A stretch of 64,000 bases of DNA from Candidatus Hadarchaeota archaeon (GCA_964452145.1 CAYVLA010000007.1:1-64000), one strand, 5' to 3'. Numbered from the stretch's first letter, positions 1 through 10,215 are shown. The notes: generated from the sequence alone by a model not told the origin. Program-made: numbers and translations.

Positions 1-893
1 GGCCAGAGAGCAAGGACCGCGTCCCTCTCTCTGATCGAGTCACGGATCTGGGCGCAGTCCCCCGCCGCGTATATGCTTTCGAGGTTGGTCTCCATTCTCT
101 GATTCACGATGATGCCCCGGTCCACCTTGACCGCTGTCCCTCGGGCCAGCTCCACGCGCGGCCTAACACCGATGGCAGCAATCAGGAGGTCGGTCTCAAT
201 GGACTCTCGATTGTCGATGAAGACTGTGAGGCCCCGGCTCGATTGCTCAACCCTGCATATGGTGTGACCGGTTATCGTTCTGACTCCCCTCTCATCCATC
301 ATTGCCTGCACTAGGCCGCAGGCCTCCTGATCCAGAACGGTGGACAGAATCTGAGGAGCCAACTCGATCAAGGTTACCTGAACCCCTCTGCTGACGAGGG
401 CAGAGGTGGCAGCAGCCCCTATCAGTCCGCCCCCGAGGACGACGGCCGTGCTCACCGTGCCAGCTTCAAGTCTCTTGCGGATGCCCACAGCATCGGACAG
501 AGTGATGAAGGTGTAGGCGGACTCCCTCAGCCCCGGCACATCTGGAACTATGGGGGATCCTCCGGTGGCGAGCAGAAGAACGCGATATGAGATGCGTTCG
601 CCGTCATCAAGGACCACCTCCCTCGATTCGGTGTCAAGGGAGACTGCCCGCCTCCCTTTCAGGAGGTCGACTGATTCATCTTCATAGAAGGACGGGGACC
701 TGAACCAGAGGTCCTGGGGGTGCTTGGCGCGGTCCAGGATGTGCCCGATGAAGGGCCTGCCATATGCTGGGAGCGCTTCCTCTGACACCATACATATCCT
801 CTTGCTCCCGCGGGGATCGATGCGCCTGATCCCCTCAACGGCTCCGATGCCCGCAGCCGAGTTTCCGATGATCAAGAAGTCGCAGGCCTTCAC
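1..893 (-). CDS. NAD(P)/FAD-dependent oxidoreductase (NADH oxidase/NirB-like pyridine nucleotide oxidoreductase), 3' end outside the window
   Basis: Not in the ORF track because it has no stop in the window. GTG at 893 overlaps the TGA of the upstream 4Fe-4S gene (GTGA). Manual translation gives MKACDFLIIGNSAAGIGAVEGIR, LLATGG, VVLGGGLIG, IAAIGVRP and IYAAGDCA, the typical FAD/NAD-binding motifs. Confidence 0.85.
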   Translation of the reverse strand, partial: MKACDFLIIGNSAAGIGAVEGIRRIDPRGSKRICMVSEEALPAYGRPFIGHILDRAKHPQDLWFRSPSFYEDESVDLLKGRRAVSLDTESREVVLDDGERISYRVLLLATGGSPIVPDVPGLRESAYTFITLSDAVGIRKRLEAGTVSTAVVLGGGLIGAAATSALVSRGVQVTLIELAPQILSTVLDQEACGLVQAMMDERGVRTITGHTICRVEQSSRGLTVFIDNRESIETDLLIAAIGVRPRVELARGTAVKVDRGIIVNQRMETNLESIYAAGDCAQIRDSIRERDAVLALW

Positions 894-1321
894 CCATCCA
901 TCTCCTCGACTTGAACGGCTTCGTTTGGACAATGCTCGACGCAAGCGGGGATCTCCCTGTCCGGGCACAGATCACATTTGACGGCGAACCCATCTCCCTT
1001 GGTCACCGCGCCGAACGGACAGACGAGTATGCAGGTCCAACAGGCCTGGCACCTCTCTGTATCAACGCGGACCACGCCGTCGGGCCCGCGGGCCATTGCA
1101 CCGGAAGGACATGAATGGACGCAGATCGGGTCGAGGCACTGTCTGCACTGAAGAGGGAAGGTGAGCGGTTTGCGTTCATGGACCTTGACCCGCGGGCTCG
1201 GTTTGTTTGGGGCTTTGTGGCAGTCAATCAAGTTCCCAGAATTTGAGTGGGCCAGCACGCACCATACTTCACACAGATGGCAACCGATGCATGCCTCTTC
1301 TCGGACGGTCAGTCTCCTCAT
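890..1321 (-). CDS. 4Fe-4S dicluster electron-transfer protein (HydN/CooF/DmsB-like)
   Basis: Four Cys clusters: CIGCHLCEVWC, CRQCLDPICVHSCP, CQACWTCILVCP, CDLC..PACVEHCP. Start trimmed to MRRLTV (ATG 1321; 1327 also possible). Confidence 0.9.
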   Translation of the reverse strand: MRRLTVREEACIGCHLCEVWCVLAHSNSGNLIDCHKAPNKPSPRVKVHERKPLTFPLQCRQCLDPICVHSCPSGAMARGPDGVVRVDTERCQACWTCILVCPFGAVTKGDGFAVKCDLCPDREIPACVEHCPNEAVQVEEMDG

Positions 1322-1550
1322 GGGCATCGCTCCAAGGGGTGGGAAGTGCCTCCTTGCGGGCCGGACGATCATCTGCTCGCCAATCCAGATATGCCTTTAC
1401 GTATAAGACCACTGTGCCATACAAAATGCACGTATGGAGTATGACAGAGGTGCAGGCCCCAGCCAGGGCCACATGGACGGAGGAAATCTCCGCCAACTAG
1501 GTTGGCAAATACATAAGAGGCGGGCGTCATACGTAACCGGGGACTTCCGT

Positions 1551-2579
1551 ATGAATGTGGACTCTCCAGAATACCGGAAGATACAGGTCCTTGGGCGATC
1601 CAGCTTCGCCGTCACCCTGCCCAAATCATGGGTTCGAGAAATGAATCTCGACTCAGGTTCCGTCGTCGTGCTAACGGTCGATAAGAAGGGCGGTCTGAGC
1701 ATCGTCCCCGAGAGCCTCCACGCCCTGGAGGCCGAACCCTCGGAGAAGGTACTTGAAATCAAGATGCTCTCGACCCCCGGAGCTTTGGCGGAGGCCGTAA
1801 GGGCATGCTACAAGATCGGATACGAATCCATAAGGGTGAGGCATCCCGGCGGAATCCCGTCGGCATCGATGGCCGAGATCCACCAGGCCGTCGAATCCCT
1901 GTACGGGACGCTCATCGTGAACGAAACCCCGAACGAGACCACGCTTCAAAGCTCGATCGACGTCGGGACCTTCACCGTCAGATCTCTGACATCCAGGATG
2001 AGTTCTTTCTTCTCGTACCTGTCGGAAGAGGTGGAGAAAGTTCTCAGGGGCAGCGACATCAAGGACTCCCGGGCGATACAGTACAGGGCGAGGGAAGTCG
2101 ACAAGATATACTCCCTCCTGGTGAGGCAGCTGGTGCAGGGCGTGAGGAACCAGCGCACCGCGTCGCGCGTCGGTCTATCCGATGTCATACAGTGCCTCGG
2201 CTCGAGAATGGTCGCCAAGGCACTGCGAGACATGACCAGGAGCATGTTCATGATATCCGAGATCGCCGAACAGGCATCCAAGGCCGGGAAGGAGCAACTG
2301 GTCCGGGCGATCGAGCTCATCTCGAGGCTGAGGGAATTGCACAGAAAGGCGTACGACGCGCTGCTGCGGGAGGACGTGAAGAAGGCCGCTGAGGCCTTGA
2401 CCGATCGAGAAGCCTTTCTGGCGGATCTCTCGGATTTCGTCAGAACCCTGTTCAGATCGGGCGACCAAGGCGTTGCGGTCTCTGCCCTGATCTCCGTGGT
2501 GAGGGAGCTGGAAAACGCAGTCAATTCAGTCTCGATACTTCCAGAGGTCGCAGTGAATCGCTACGTCGAGGCCGAGTAG
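1551..2579 (+). CDS. AbrB/MazE-like N-terminal DNA-binding domain plus PhoU repeats (archaeal phosphate-uptake-regulator family)
   Basis: N-terminal EYRKIQVLGRSSFAVTLPKSWVR is the signature of this archaeal family; PhoU-like helices follow (REVDKIYSLLVRQL). Start trimmed to ATG 1551. Confidence 0.85.
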   Translation: MNVDSPEYRKIQVLGRSSFAVTLPKSWVREMNLDSGSVVVLTVDKKGGLSIVPESLHALEAEPSEKVLEIKMLSTPGALAEAVRACYKIGYESIRVRHPGGIPSASMAEIHQAVESLYGTLIVNETPNETTLQSSIDVGTFTVRSLTSRMSSFFSYLSEEVEKVLRGSDIKDSRAIQYRAREVDKIYSLLVRQLVQGVRNQRTASRVGLSDVIQCLGSRMVAKALRDMTRSMFMISEIAEQASKAGKEQLVRAIELISRLRELHRKAYDALLREDVKKAAEALTDREAFLADLSDFVRTLFRSGDQGVAVSALISVVRELENAVNSVSILPEVAVNRYVEAE

Positions 2580-2583
2580 CTTC

Positions 2584-3672
2584 TCACTGGACTTCGCCGA
2601 GCACGAGGCGAAGGGCCCCGAGGAATCTATCGCTGTCCTGAGAGGTCCCCACCGTAACGCGGATGTGCTGGCCGTCCAAACCGGCGAGCCCTCCTAGGTC
2701 CCGAACGAGTATCCCCATTGCGGCCAGTCTGTCCGCGATCGCCGGGACATCGGCGTCGACTCTCACCATTAGGAAGTTGGCGTCAGAGAGGCAGGGCTCG
2801 ACGCCGCCCAAGCCTGATAGCGCTTCGTATAGCCTTTTCCTCTCCTCGATGATGCGATTCCTCATCGCCACATAATGCCCAGCTTCACCAAGGGAGGCTA
2901 CGGCCGCAACCTCCGACAGAGAGGATATGGAGAAGGGCAGTTTGGCCTTCTCAAGGCTCTCAACCACCTTCTCCTCAGCCACTGCATAGCCTATGCGCAG
3001 TCCAGCCAGGCAGAACGATTTTGACATTGAGCGGGTGACGATCAGGTTCGGGTTCCTGTCCACCATCCCCATCACAGACGATCCCGAGAACTCGGCGTAT
3101 GCTTCATCAATCACCACAGTCCCGCTCGCGCCCTTGAGGATCCGTCTGACGCACCGAGGGTCTAGGGATGTGCCAGTGGGATTGTTGGGCGAGCAGAGGA
3201 AGATCACTTTCGCGTCCTCCGCTCTATCCAACAGGAATCGGGCGTCCACCCTGTACCCGGGGGGCCTCGTAGCGACGAACTCCACGGATGCGTCTCGCAG
3301 CATGCCTAGGAGTGCATACATTGTGTAGGACGGACAGACCATGACGATCCTGTCAAAGGGTTCCAGGAAGACCTTGCACACTGCGTCTAGGATCTCGGTG
3401 GACCCGTTGCCCAAGGCGATGTTATCAGTTGAATAGCCGGTGTGATCGGAAAGTGCGCTTCTGAGCCTTCGATACTTGGGATCGGGGTACCTGTTGATCT
3501 GGTCCAGGGCCGATCTGATGGCATCAAGCACTGGACCAGGAGGAGGATATGGGCTCTCGTTCGATGCAAGGTTGATGACGGAGCCCTGAGGAATGCCGTA
3601 AGCTTCCTCCGCATCCTGGGGAAACATGCCCGGATCGTAGGCTTCGACGTAGGAGAACACGTTCCTCTGCAT
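2584..3672 (-). CDS. hisC: Histidinol-phosphate aminotransferase (class II PLP aminotransferase)
   Basis: INLASNESPY, RYPD, GNGSTE, CSPNNPTG, DEAYAEF, RSMSK...AGLRIGY, ANFL, RVTVGT motifs. Confidence 0.85.
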   Translation of the reverse strand: MQRNVFSYVEAYDPGMFPQDAEEAYGIPQGSVINLASNESPYPPPGPVLDAIRSALDQINRYPDPKYRRLRSALSDHTGYSTDNIALGNGSTEILDAVCKVFLEPFDRIVMVCPSYTMYALLGMLRDASVEFVATRPPGYRVDARFLLDRAEDAKVIFLCSPNNPTGTSLDPRCVRRILKGASGTVVIDEAYAEFSGSSVMGMVDRNPNLIVTRSMSKSFCLAGLRIGYAVAEEKVVESLEKAKLPFSISSLSEVAAVASLGEAGHYVAMRNRIIEERKRLYEALSGLGGVEPCLSDANFLMVRVDADVPAIADRLAAMGILVRDLGGLAGLDGQHIRVTVGTSQDSDRFLGALRLVLGEVQ

Positions 3673-3681
3673 CCGAGAACC

Positions 3682-3993
3682 CTACCCGAGGGCTTTGTCC
3701 AGCCACCCGAGTCTCGACTCGATTTCCTCAAGCGAGGGGGTCTTGCCCTCTTTCTCGGGGACTCCAGCAGCCGACCAGAATAGCCTCGCTATCACCAGCA
3801 TGAGCTTGCCGGCATATCCTGGAGCATGCGGCAGAAGATCGGACGCAAGGTCCCCGCACTTCTCCAAGGTGTTGTTGTCGAGGCTGTCCAGACATGTGCT
3901 TGCCTTGCCGAGCACGGAAATGGCGCCTCCAAGGATCTTCTCCCTTCTCACATACGCTCTTGCAGCCTCGCTCGTCACCCTGTGAACACCCAT
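3682..3993 (-). CDS. Small hypothetical protein (103 aa) between glnA and hisC
   Basis: Fills the gap with 9-nt spacers on both sides; GAGGTG SD-like element upstream; gene-like codon usage. Confidence 0.75.
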   Translation of the reverse strand: MGVHRVTSEAARAYVRREKILGGAISVLGKASTCLDSLDNNTLEKCGDLASDLLPHAPGYAGKLMLVIARLFWSAAGVPEKEGKTPSLEEIESRLGWLDKALG

Positions 3994-4002
3994 TTGACCA
4001 CC

Positions 4003-5460
4003 TCAATAGTCCAGGTACTTCATGATCTCCCACGGCGTCACGTAGAGACAGAACTGGTTCCACTCGTCGATCTTCAGGCCCACGAACTGCTCAAATATGT
4101 GGTCTCCTAGCAGATTGAGGAGCACCTCGTCCGTGCTCAGATGGTCTATGGCATCCCTCAGGGTCGTGGGGAGTTCCCCGATGCCGTGCATCTTCTTCTC
4201 CTCCGAGCTGAGCTCATACATGTCCTCCCTCAGAGGGTCGCCGGGCTCCATCTTCTTCCTAATACCATCCAGCCCCGCGACCAGCATGGCCGCGAAAGCC
4301 AGGTACGGATTGCAGGATGGGTCAACCGCACGGTACTCGCAGCGGATTGCGCCGGGGCCACCAAAATAGAGCGGGACTCTTATCAGAGCGCTTCTGTTCC
4401 TCGGGCTCCAACTGATGTTGATCGGGGCTTCGAACCCCGGAACGAGCCGTTTGTAGCTGTTGACGGTGGGGCAGCAGAGCGCCGTCAAGGCCTTGGAGTG
4501 CTCAAGCAAGCCCCCTATGTAGTAGCGCGCGGTCTGGCTCAAGTGATAGTCATCGTCTGGGTCATAGAAGGCGTTCTCGCCTTTGAAGGGCTGCCCCTTC
4601 CACAGGCTCTGGTGGGTGTGCATACCGCTTGCGTTGTCCAGATAGAGAGGCTTTGGCATGAAGGTGGCGATCCAGCCGTATCTCTGTGCAACGTTCCTGG
4701 CCGCAAACTTGTACACATAGCTGGCATCCCCACACTCGATCAGAGTCTTCGCCTTGTAGTTGAGCTCAACCTGGCCGGCCGTGGCCACTTCGTGGTGGTG
4801 ATACTCTATCATGACTCCCATGGATTCCAGGTAGGCTGCGAGCGAGTTGCGGTAGTCGTTTGTCGTATCCTCCGGGGGGGCTCTGAAGTAGGCCTCCTTC
4901 GGCCTGAGCGGCACTTTGCCGACCCGTATCTCGGGGCTGTCCGGCACCACCCTGGGAGGTCCCCACGAGTCGCCTTTTCCGCCGTTGGGCGAGACCCAGA
5001 GATCGTAGGATAGTCGGGTGGGATCTATCCCTTCGAATACGAAGAACTCTATCTCCGGCCCGAAGATCGCCGTGTACCCCATGGATTCTGCCATCCTCAT
5101 GGCCTTGTGCCCGACATACCCGCGCGGGTCGACCTCGGATATCTGGCCGCCACCTTTCTCCCCGAAGGCCTCGTGGATGTTGCCAAACACTATTGCCGAG
5201 TTCTGCACCGGATCCTCGATCCATGGGACGGTCCTGATGCTCGCCGGATCGGGCATCCAGATCATGTCGCTCATCTCGATGGATTTGAATCCTCTGATCG
5301 AAGAGCCATCGAAGCCGATTCCGTCCAAGGCATCGCCTTTGACGAACTCCCGTGCGGGAATGGTGAAACTCTGCAGGATCCCCCGGAGATCGCTGAACAT
5401 ACACATAACGTTCCTGGTCCCGGTGTTCTCGACAAATTTGAGGAATTCCTGTCGCTCCAT
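4003..5460 (-). CDS. glnA: Glutamine synthetase type I
   Basis: GFDGSSIRGF, GPEIEFF, HHHEVATAGQVE, ATFMPKP, NASGMHTHQSLW, NSYKRLVPGFEAP, NRSALIRVP, EYRAVDPSCNPYLA. Start trimmed to MERQEF (5460). Confidence 0.97.
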   Translation of the reverse strand: MERQEFLKFVENTGTRNVMCMFSDLRGILQSFTIPAREFVKGDALDGIGFDGSSIRGFKSIEMSDMIWMPDPASIRTVPWIEDPVQNSAIVFGNIHEAFGEKGGGQISEVDPRGYVGHKAMRMAESMGYTAIFGPEIEFFVFEGIDPTRLSYDLWVSPNGGKGDSWGPPRVVPDSPEIRVGKVPLRPKEAYFRAPPEDTTNDYRNSLAAYLESMGVMIEYHHHEVATAGQVELNYKAKTLIECGDASYVYKFAARNVAQRYGWIATFMPKPLYLDNASGMHTHQSLWKGQPFKGENAFYDPDDDYHLSQTARYYIGGLLEHSKALTALCCPTVNSYKRLVPGFEAPINISWSPRNRSALIRVPLYFGGPGAIRCEYRAVDPSCNPYLAFAAMLVAGLDGIRKKMEPGDPLREDMYELSSEEKKMHGIGELPTTLRDAIDHLSTDEVLLNLLGDHIFEQFVGLKIDEWNQFCLYVTPWEIMKYLDY

Positions 5461-5921
5461 CCGATCTGCCAGGCGGAAGGGGGCTGACGGATGGGAAAAA
5501 GCTTGGCCAATGAGAACTGGGTGAAGTACGGACCATACGTATTTCCCAGTCAAGGGCCCTTCGTCATGGGATCATTGGATGGCAGGGTTCGTTATCTGCA
5601 AACGGTCCATCGGGACATGTCCCGATTCCCTGAAGAGTATCGGATATGGTTGCCATCAGCACTCCCCGATAGCTCTCTTGCGTTCGTGAGTCGCGGGTTG
5701 GGAGATGGTCCGATCGGGCTGCAGCCCTTCTGGGAGGCTCGGTGGCTCCCATCTCCGATGGGCGCACATCCCCTATCCACCTCTGTACTGCTCGAGGGAT
5801 GGAGGCATCGTCAGGACCGATCAAGACCTCCCGCCCGAGCGAATCCATTTTCGCACTCAGTCTCTGCTGCTCCTGCGGCTCCGAGGGAGAGTTAAGAGGC
5901 CCGACCGGAGAGGAGGCACCA

Positions 5922-6773
5922 ATGGCCTTGAAGAGGGGAAGAATCAGGGTATCCACCTGCCAGTTTCCGGTATCGCGGAACCTGAAACGGAATTCGAACC
6001 GCATTCGGGAACGGATCCTTGAAGCCAGGCGGCAAAGGGCAAATGTTGCACACTTTCCCGAGGCGGCGCTGTCGGGCTACGCAGGCGTTGACATCCAGTC
6101 CTGGGACGATTACGACTGGGATGCCCTGAAGACCGAAACGCTCAAGATCGCATCTCTGGCGAGAATGAAGGGTTTGTGGGTTGTCCTCGGAAGTGCTCAC
6201 CCGCTCTCCGAAGGCAATCTGCCACACAACAGCCTGTACGCGATATCCCCAAAGGGCCGGATTGTGGACCGGTACGATAAGAGGTTCTGCACAGGGGGTG
6301 ATCTGAAGTTCTACTCGCCCGGGGATCACTTCAGCGTGTTCACAATCAACGGGGTCAGGTGCGGCTTGCTGATATGCTACGATGTAAGGTTCCCCGAGGT
6401 ATACCGGGAATACAAGAAACTGGGTGCCCAGTGCATCTTCCACTCCTTCTACAACGCGCGGGCCAAGAGGCCCGGGATTCACAGGATCATCATGAGGCCC
6501 AGCCTTCAGACCCGTGCTGCGACAAACTACGTGTGGGTCAGCGCCTCCAATTCCAGCGCCTACTACAGCTGGCCAAGCGTCTTCATCCAGCCCGACGGGG
6601 TCATAGGCGGGCAGCTTCATCCCAATAGGCCGGGAGTCATGACGAACTTGGTGGACACGGGGCGCAAGCTTTATGACGCTTCCCGGCCCTTCCGCGACTT
6701 GGCAATGAAGGGCATTCTACACAGCGGCCAGCTTGTCAATGATCTTCGATCCAGAAACCGGAGATCCTTATGA
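5922..6773 (+). CDS. Carbon-nitrogen hydrolase (nitrilase superfamily)
   Basis: Glu-Lys-Cys triad in FPEAALSGY / YDK / LICYDVRFPE; GAGGAGG SD before ATG 5922. Confidence 0.9.
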   Translation: MALKRGRIRVSTCQFPVSRNLKRNSNRIRERILEARRQRANVAHFPEAALSGYAGVDIQSWDDYDWDALKTETLKIASLARMKGLWVVLGSAHPLSEGNLPHNSLYAISPKGRIVDRYDKRFCTGGDLKFYSPGDHFSVFTINGVRCGLLICYDVRFPEVYREYKKLGAQCIFHSFYNARAKRPGIHRIIMRPSLQTRAATNYVWVSASNSSAYYSWPSVFIQPDGVIGGQLHPNRPGVMTNLVDTGRKLYDASRPFRDLAMKGILHSGQLVNDLRSRNRRSL

Positions 6774-6798
6774 GCCGAGAAGAGCGGAATCAGCCATG

Positions 6799-8052
6799 TC
6801 AACGAGGTAGCCTGGCAGCCTTGTCAACGTAGGCGACAGCCATTCTTAGTAGCTTCGGGTCGACGCCAACATAGGTTTCGCCCCCCACAGCCAGCGTGTA
6901 TCCAGCGACGGAACCCGCAACCTCAAGGCAATGGTCGATTCGGCCTCGAACGTGGTCGAACGATGTCCCGACATACAGATCCTTGCAGTTCAGGCCGCCC
7001 GAGAAGCGCACCTTTCCATGCAGGGCTCGAGCTGCCTTCGCCAAGTTGCTGAAGCCCCCTATGTCCATACTGGTGAGCTTGACCTCGTTGGCCATGATGT
7101 CGAAGAGATGGTCGTTCGGACCATCCCCATGAAGATGTCTCCCCCTGGATCCGAATCTTCGGTACATCTCTTTCACATGGGGCATCTCGAACTTCCTGTA
7201 CTGGTCGGGGGTCAGCATGAGCATGTGGTCATCGGCCAACCCGAAATGCTCCGTCTTTTGGCCTGAGATCTTCTCTTGATGCTCGTGAAGCCGGATCTTT
7301 TCCTCCGCTAGCTTGCTGAAGAAGCGATGGACGAGGTCCGGATCGGTGTACATGAATTTGACAACGCGCACAGGCTCCATCAATGCGCACGCAGCGGACA
7401 TGGGTGGATGTATCCCTATCCCGGCCCCGGCGGGCATCTGGCCACCGGCCCTCTCGACATAATCCTTGGCATCTTGATCAAGCTCGGCAACGTAGCGAAG
7501 ACCCGGATGTTCTTCCGGATGAGGGATCTCAGTCCTCACGAACCTTTCGATGTCATCCTTGCTCTCCAACTCCCTGACGATCCAGGGCGATGTGTCATCT
7601 GGATAGACGACCCTGAATCCAAATAGGATACCCTCTCCCACCGGACCCAGCTCGACGTGTAAACCGCAACCGGTCCGATCATCCCTGAGGCTTTCGAAGG
7701 CCCATCTGAGCCCCCTGATCTGAACCTCGAAGTCCAGCTCCATGTTCGAGTAGTAGTCTCGCAAGTTGCAGTTGGACCTGTAGCTGCCGTCGTTGAGCTT
7801 GCAGAAGAAGCTTCCAGACACGCTCAGCGTAAAGGGCACACGATCGGGCTCCTCGAATCTCTCCGCCATGTGGAGTCTGGCACGAGCGAGGTCAATCTGT
7901 TCCCTGTACCGGTCTAGGTCGAACGCTGCAATAGATGCTTTGATCTCCTCTCTCGGAGAAGCGATCTTCCTGGCATTTTGCCTCCTATGGTAGGTGATCC
8001 ATTCCTGGACTTTGTCAGCGCAGAAGGGGATTGCACGCGCCGAATTCCCCAT
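6799..8052 (-). CDS. Uroporphyrinogen decarboxylase / MtaA-CmuA methyltransferase superfamily protein
   Basis: EEPDRVP, FMYTDPDLVH, ADD..MLTPDQYRKFEMP, HLHGDG, GGLN, GYTLAVG pattern. Start uncertain (8052 or 8103). Confidence 0.75.
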   Translation of the reverse strand: MGNSARAIPFCADKVQEWITYHRRQNARKIASPREEIKASIAAFDLDRYREQIDLARARLHMAERFEEPDRVPFTLSVSGSFFCKLNDGSYRSNCNLRDYYSNMELDFEVQIRGLRWAFESLRDDRTGCGLHVELGPVGEGILFGFRVVYPDDTSPWIVRELESKDDIERFVRTEIPHPEEHPGLRYVAELDQDAKDYVERAGGQMPAGAGIGIHPPMSAACALMEPVRVVKFMYTDPDLVHRFFSKLAEEKIRLHEHQEKISGQKTEHFGLADDHMLMLTPDQYRKFEMPHVKEMYRRFGSRGRHLHGDGPNDHLFDIMANEVKLTSMDIGGFSNLAKAARALHGKVRFSGGLNCKDLYVGTSFDHVRGRIDHCLEVAGSVAGYTLAVGGETYVGVDPKLLRMAVAYVDKAARLPR

Positions 8053-8112
8053 GGGCGGTGCACGCCCTGATTCGACAGAAATGTGTTGCTGTATCGGTAG
8101 CACCGATCTCGG

Positions 8113-8526
8113 CTATCCCACGGTGTAGTTGAGACCATAGGTTTCGCTGAGGTTCCGCAGATAGTCCCATTGCCACCTGGGTATGACCACTTGGACTATG
8201 GTATAATCAGCCCCTTCGACGCTTACGTTGGTTGCGGTGTCCAGAATCTGCCAGAGAGAATAGGAGATCGTCCGTTCCGCCTCCCACTTACTGCGGTAAT
8301 CCTCCGCCGCGGAGTTGCAGAGCTCCACAAGCATTTCACAAACAAGCAGGGAGTTGTTAAGCTGACGGCATTGCTGGGTTCTCATGTCCAGTTCGTGGAC
8401 AAGCCTGTCCCTATCCGTCCTCATCGATCTGAAATCATCCATAACGTCGAGGGAGATGTAGATGGCCAATGCCAAGGCAACGACCGCGCCTAGCACCCAG
8501 ACCATGACCATTGGTCTCAGCTTCAT
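8113..8526 (-). CDS. Hypothetical protein with N-terminal membrane anchor and coiled coil
   Basis: GAGGAGGT SD directly upstream; hydrophobic N-terminal helix followed by a heptad-like charged segment. Confidence 0.7.
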   Translation of the reverse strand: MKLRPMVMVWVLGAVVALALAIYISLDVMDDFRSMRTDRDRLVHELDMRTQQCRQLNNSLLVCEMLVELCNSAAEDYRSKWEAERTISYSLWQILDTATNVSVEGADYTIVQVVIPRWQWDYLRNLSETYGLNYTVG

Positions 8527-8817
8527 ACCTCCTCAGCAAGCGCCACAACCATACGGAGGCGCCGTCGGTCTATCCTCCGACTGCTAGAAAAAGCTTGCGA
8601 CGATCACGATCGATCGCCGCAGTGGGGGGGGAGTCGCCCATCATTCAGATCACCGACCATGATCCCAGCTGTCTCCCTACGAGGCCAAATCGGCACCGGT
8701 CGTGCACGAACGGATCTACGTGCATCCTTGACCGCCGCGAGTCCATCGAGCCAATGCGGCGGGTTAACCCAGGCTAGGGATGGGCGGCGCGAATCCTCGG
8801 CTACGCAGCACACGAGT

Positions 8818-10215
8818 TCATTTTAAGCTGCCAAAAGCGTTGAGGACGACCTCGGTCAAGGAAGGATGGATGTGCATGGCGCTGACGATGTTCATGGCCG
8901 ACCCTTGACGACAGTTCATGACGTTGATGGCCTCCTGAACCAGGACAGGGGCGCAGTACCCTATCACATGGCAACCGAGGACCTTGAAGGTGTTCTTCTC
9001 GACGATGACCTTGACGAATCCGGGGGGTTGCCCCATGGCCATTCCCTTGGCGGTGTTGGCGTAGTCCCAGCGACCCACCATGATCTCATGTCCCTTCTCC
9101 CTCGCCTCCCTTTCCGTCAGGCCGACGGATCCGATCTGGGGGTGGCTGTAGACAGCATGGGGCACTGCCGAGAAATCAACCGCCGTCTTGTGGCCGCGGC
9201 CGTGGTCATGGCCCAGCAGTAGATGCGCGTTCACCCAGGCGACGCTGGACTCGTAGTTGGCGACGTGCCTGTACATGTGCACACCTATGGCATCCCCGAA
9301 CGCCCAGATCCTAGGCTTGGTCGTCTCCAGATACTCATTCACCTTGATGAAGCCGCGCTGGTCGGTCTCGACCCCAGTTCGCTCGGGGTGAAGCAAGTCG
9401 GAGTTGGGCATCCTGCCAACGGCGATCAGGATGGCATCAGCCGTCAGCTCTACCGTCTCATCCTTTGCCAGATCCTTGGCCGTTATCGTCTTGGCCGCTC
9501 CATCCTGGTCAAGCCTCTCAACTCTGTGCTCCACCAACACACGCATGGTCTTAGTCATCTCCTCAAGCAGAAGCTGGCTGATCTCCGGCTCCTCCTGGGC
9601 AACCAGTCTCGGACCCATCTCGAACACGGTAACCTCGCTGCCCATGCTGCTGAAGAAGTGAGCGAACTCGACGCCCACGAATCCGCCCCCGACGATCACG
9701 ATTCTTTCCGGGCGATCCTCCAGGTCAAAGACCGTCTCATTGGTCAGGTAAGGTACCTTGTCTATTCCCGGGATCCGGGGAACGAGAGGTCTGGTTCCGG
9801 AGGCAATGAAGATCATGTTGCCCCTGATCTTATCGCTGCCGACTTTCAGTGTGTAGTCACCGATGAACCGACCGGTCTCTCTGTACCAGGTCAGTGCGGG
9901 ATGGTGCGATGCGGAGTGCTCAAGAGGCTCCCTTTCCTTTCTCACATGCTCCTTCGTCCTACGCATGATGTGCTTGAAGTCTATCGACTCTACCTTGGCA
10001 CGAACGCCGAGCTTCTCGGAATCCCTCATCAAGGCGAGAACATCGGCTGGGAATATGAGCATCTTGGAGGGTATGCATCCGTTGTTGAGACAAGTGCCGC
10101 CCCACAGGCCATGCTCAATCACGGCGACCCGCAGTCCGTGGTTCACCGCGCTAGCCGCAACGTTCATGCCCGAGCCCGACCCTATCACGACCACATCGAA
10201 CCTCTTCTCAGACAT
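8818..10215 (-). CDS. Pyridine nucleotide-disulfide oxidoreductase (dihydrolipoamide dehydrogenase/mycothione reductase-like)
   Basis: DVVVIGSGSG, GGTCLNNGCIPSK redox disulfide, IVGGGFVGVE, AFGDA, C-terminal HPSLTE. Start trimmed to MSEKRF (10215). Confidence 0.9.
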   Translation of the reverse strand: MSEKRFDVVVIGSGSGMNVAASAVNHGLRVAVIEHGLWGGTCLNNGCIPSKMLIFPADVLALMRDSEKLGVRAKVESIDFKHIMRRTKEHVRKEREPLEHSASHHPALTWYRETGRFIGDYTLKVGSDKIRGNMIFIASGTRPLVPRIPGIDKVPYLTNETVFDLEDRPERIVIVGGGFVGVEFAHFFSSMGSEVTVFEMGPRLVAQEEPEISQLLLEEMTKTMRVLVEHRVERLDQDGAAKTITAKDLAKDETVELTADAILIAVGRMPNSDLLHPERTGVETDQRGFIKVNEYLETTKPRIWAFGDAIGVHMYRHVANYESSVAWVNAHLLLGHDHGRGHKTAVDFSAVPHAVYSHPQIGSVGLTEREAREKGHEIMVGRWDYANTAKGMAMGQPPGFVKVIVEKNTFKVLGCHVIGYCAPVLVQEAINVMNCRQGSAMNIVSAMHIHPSLTEVVLNAFGSLK

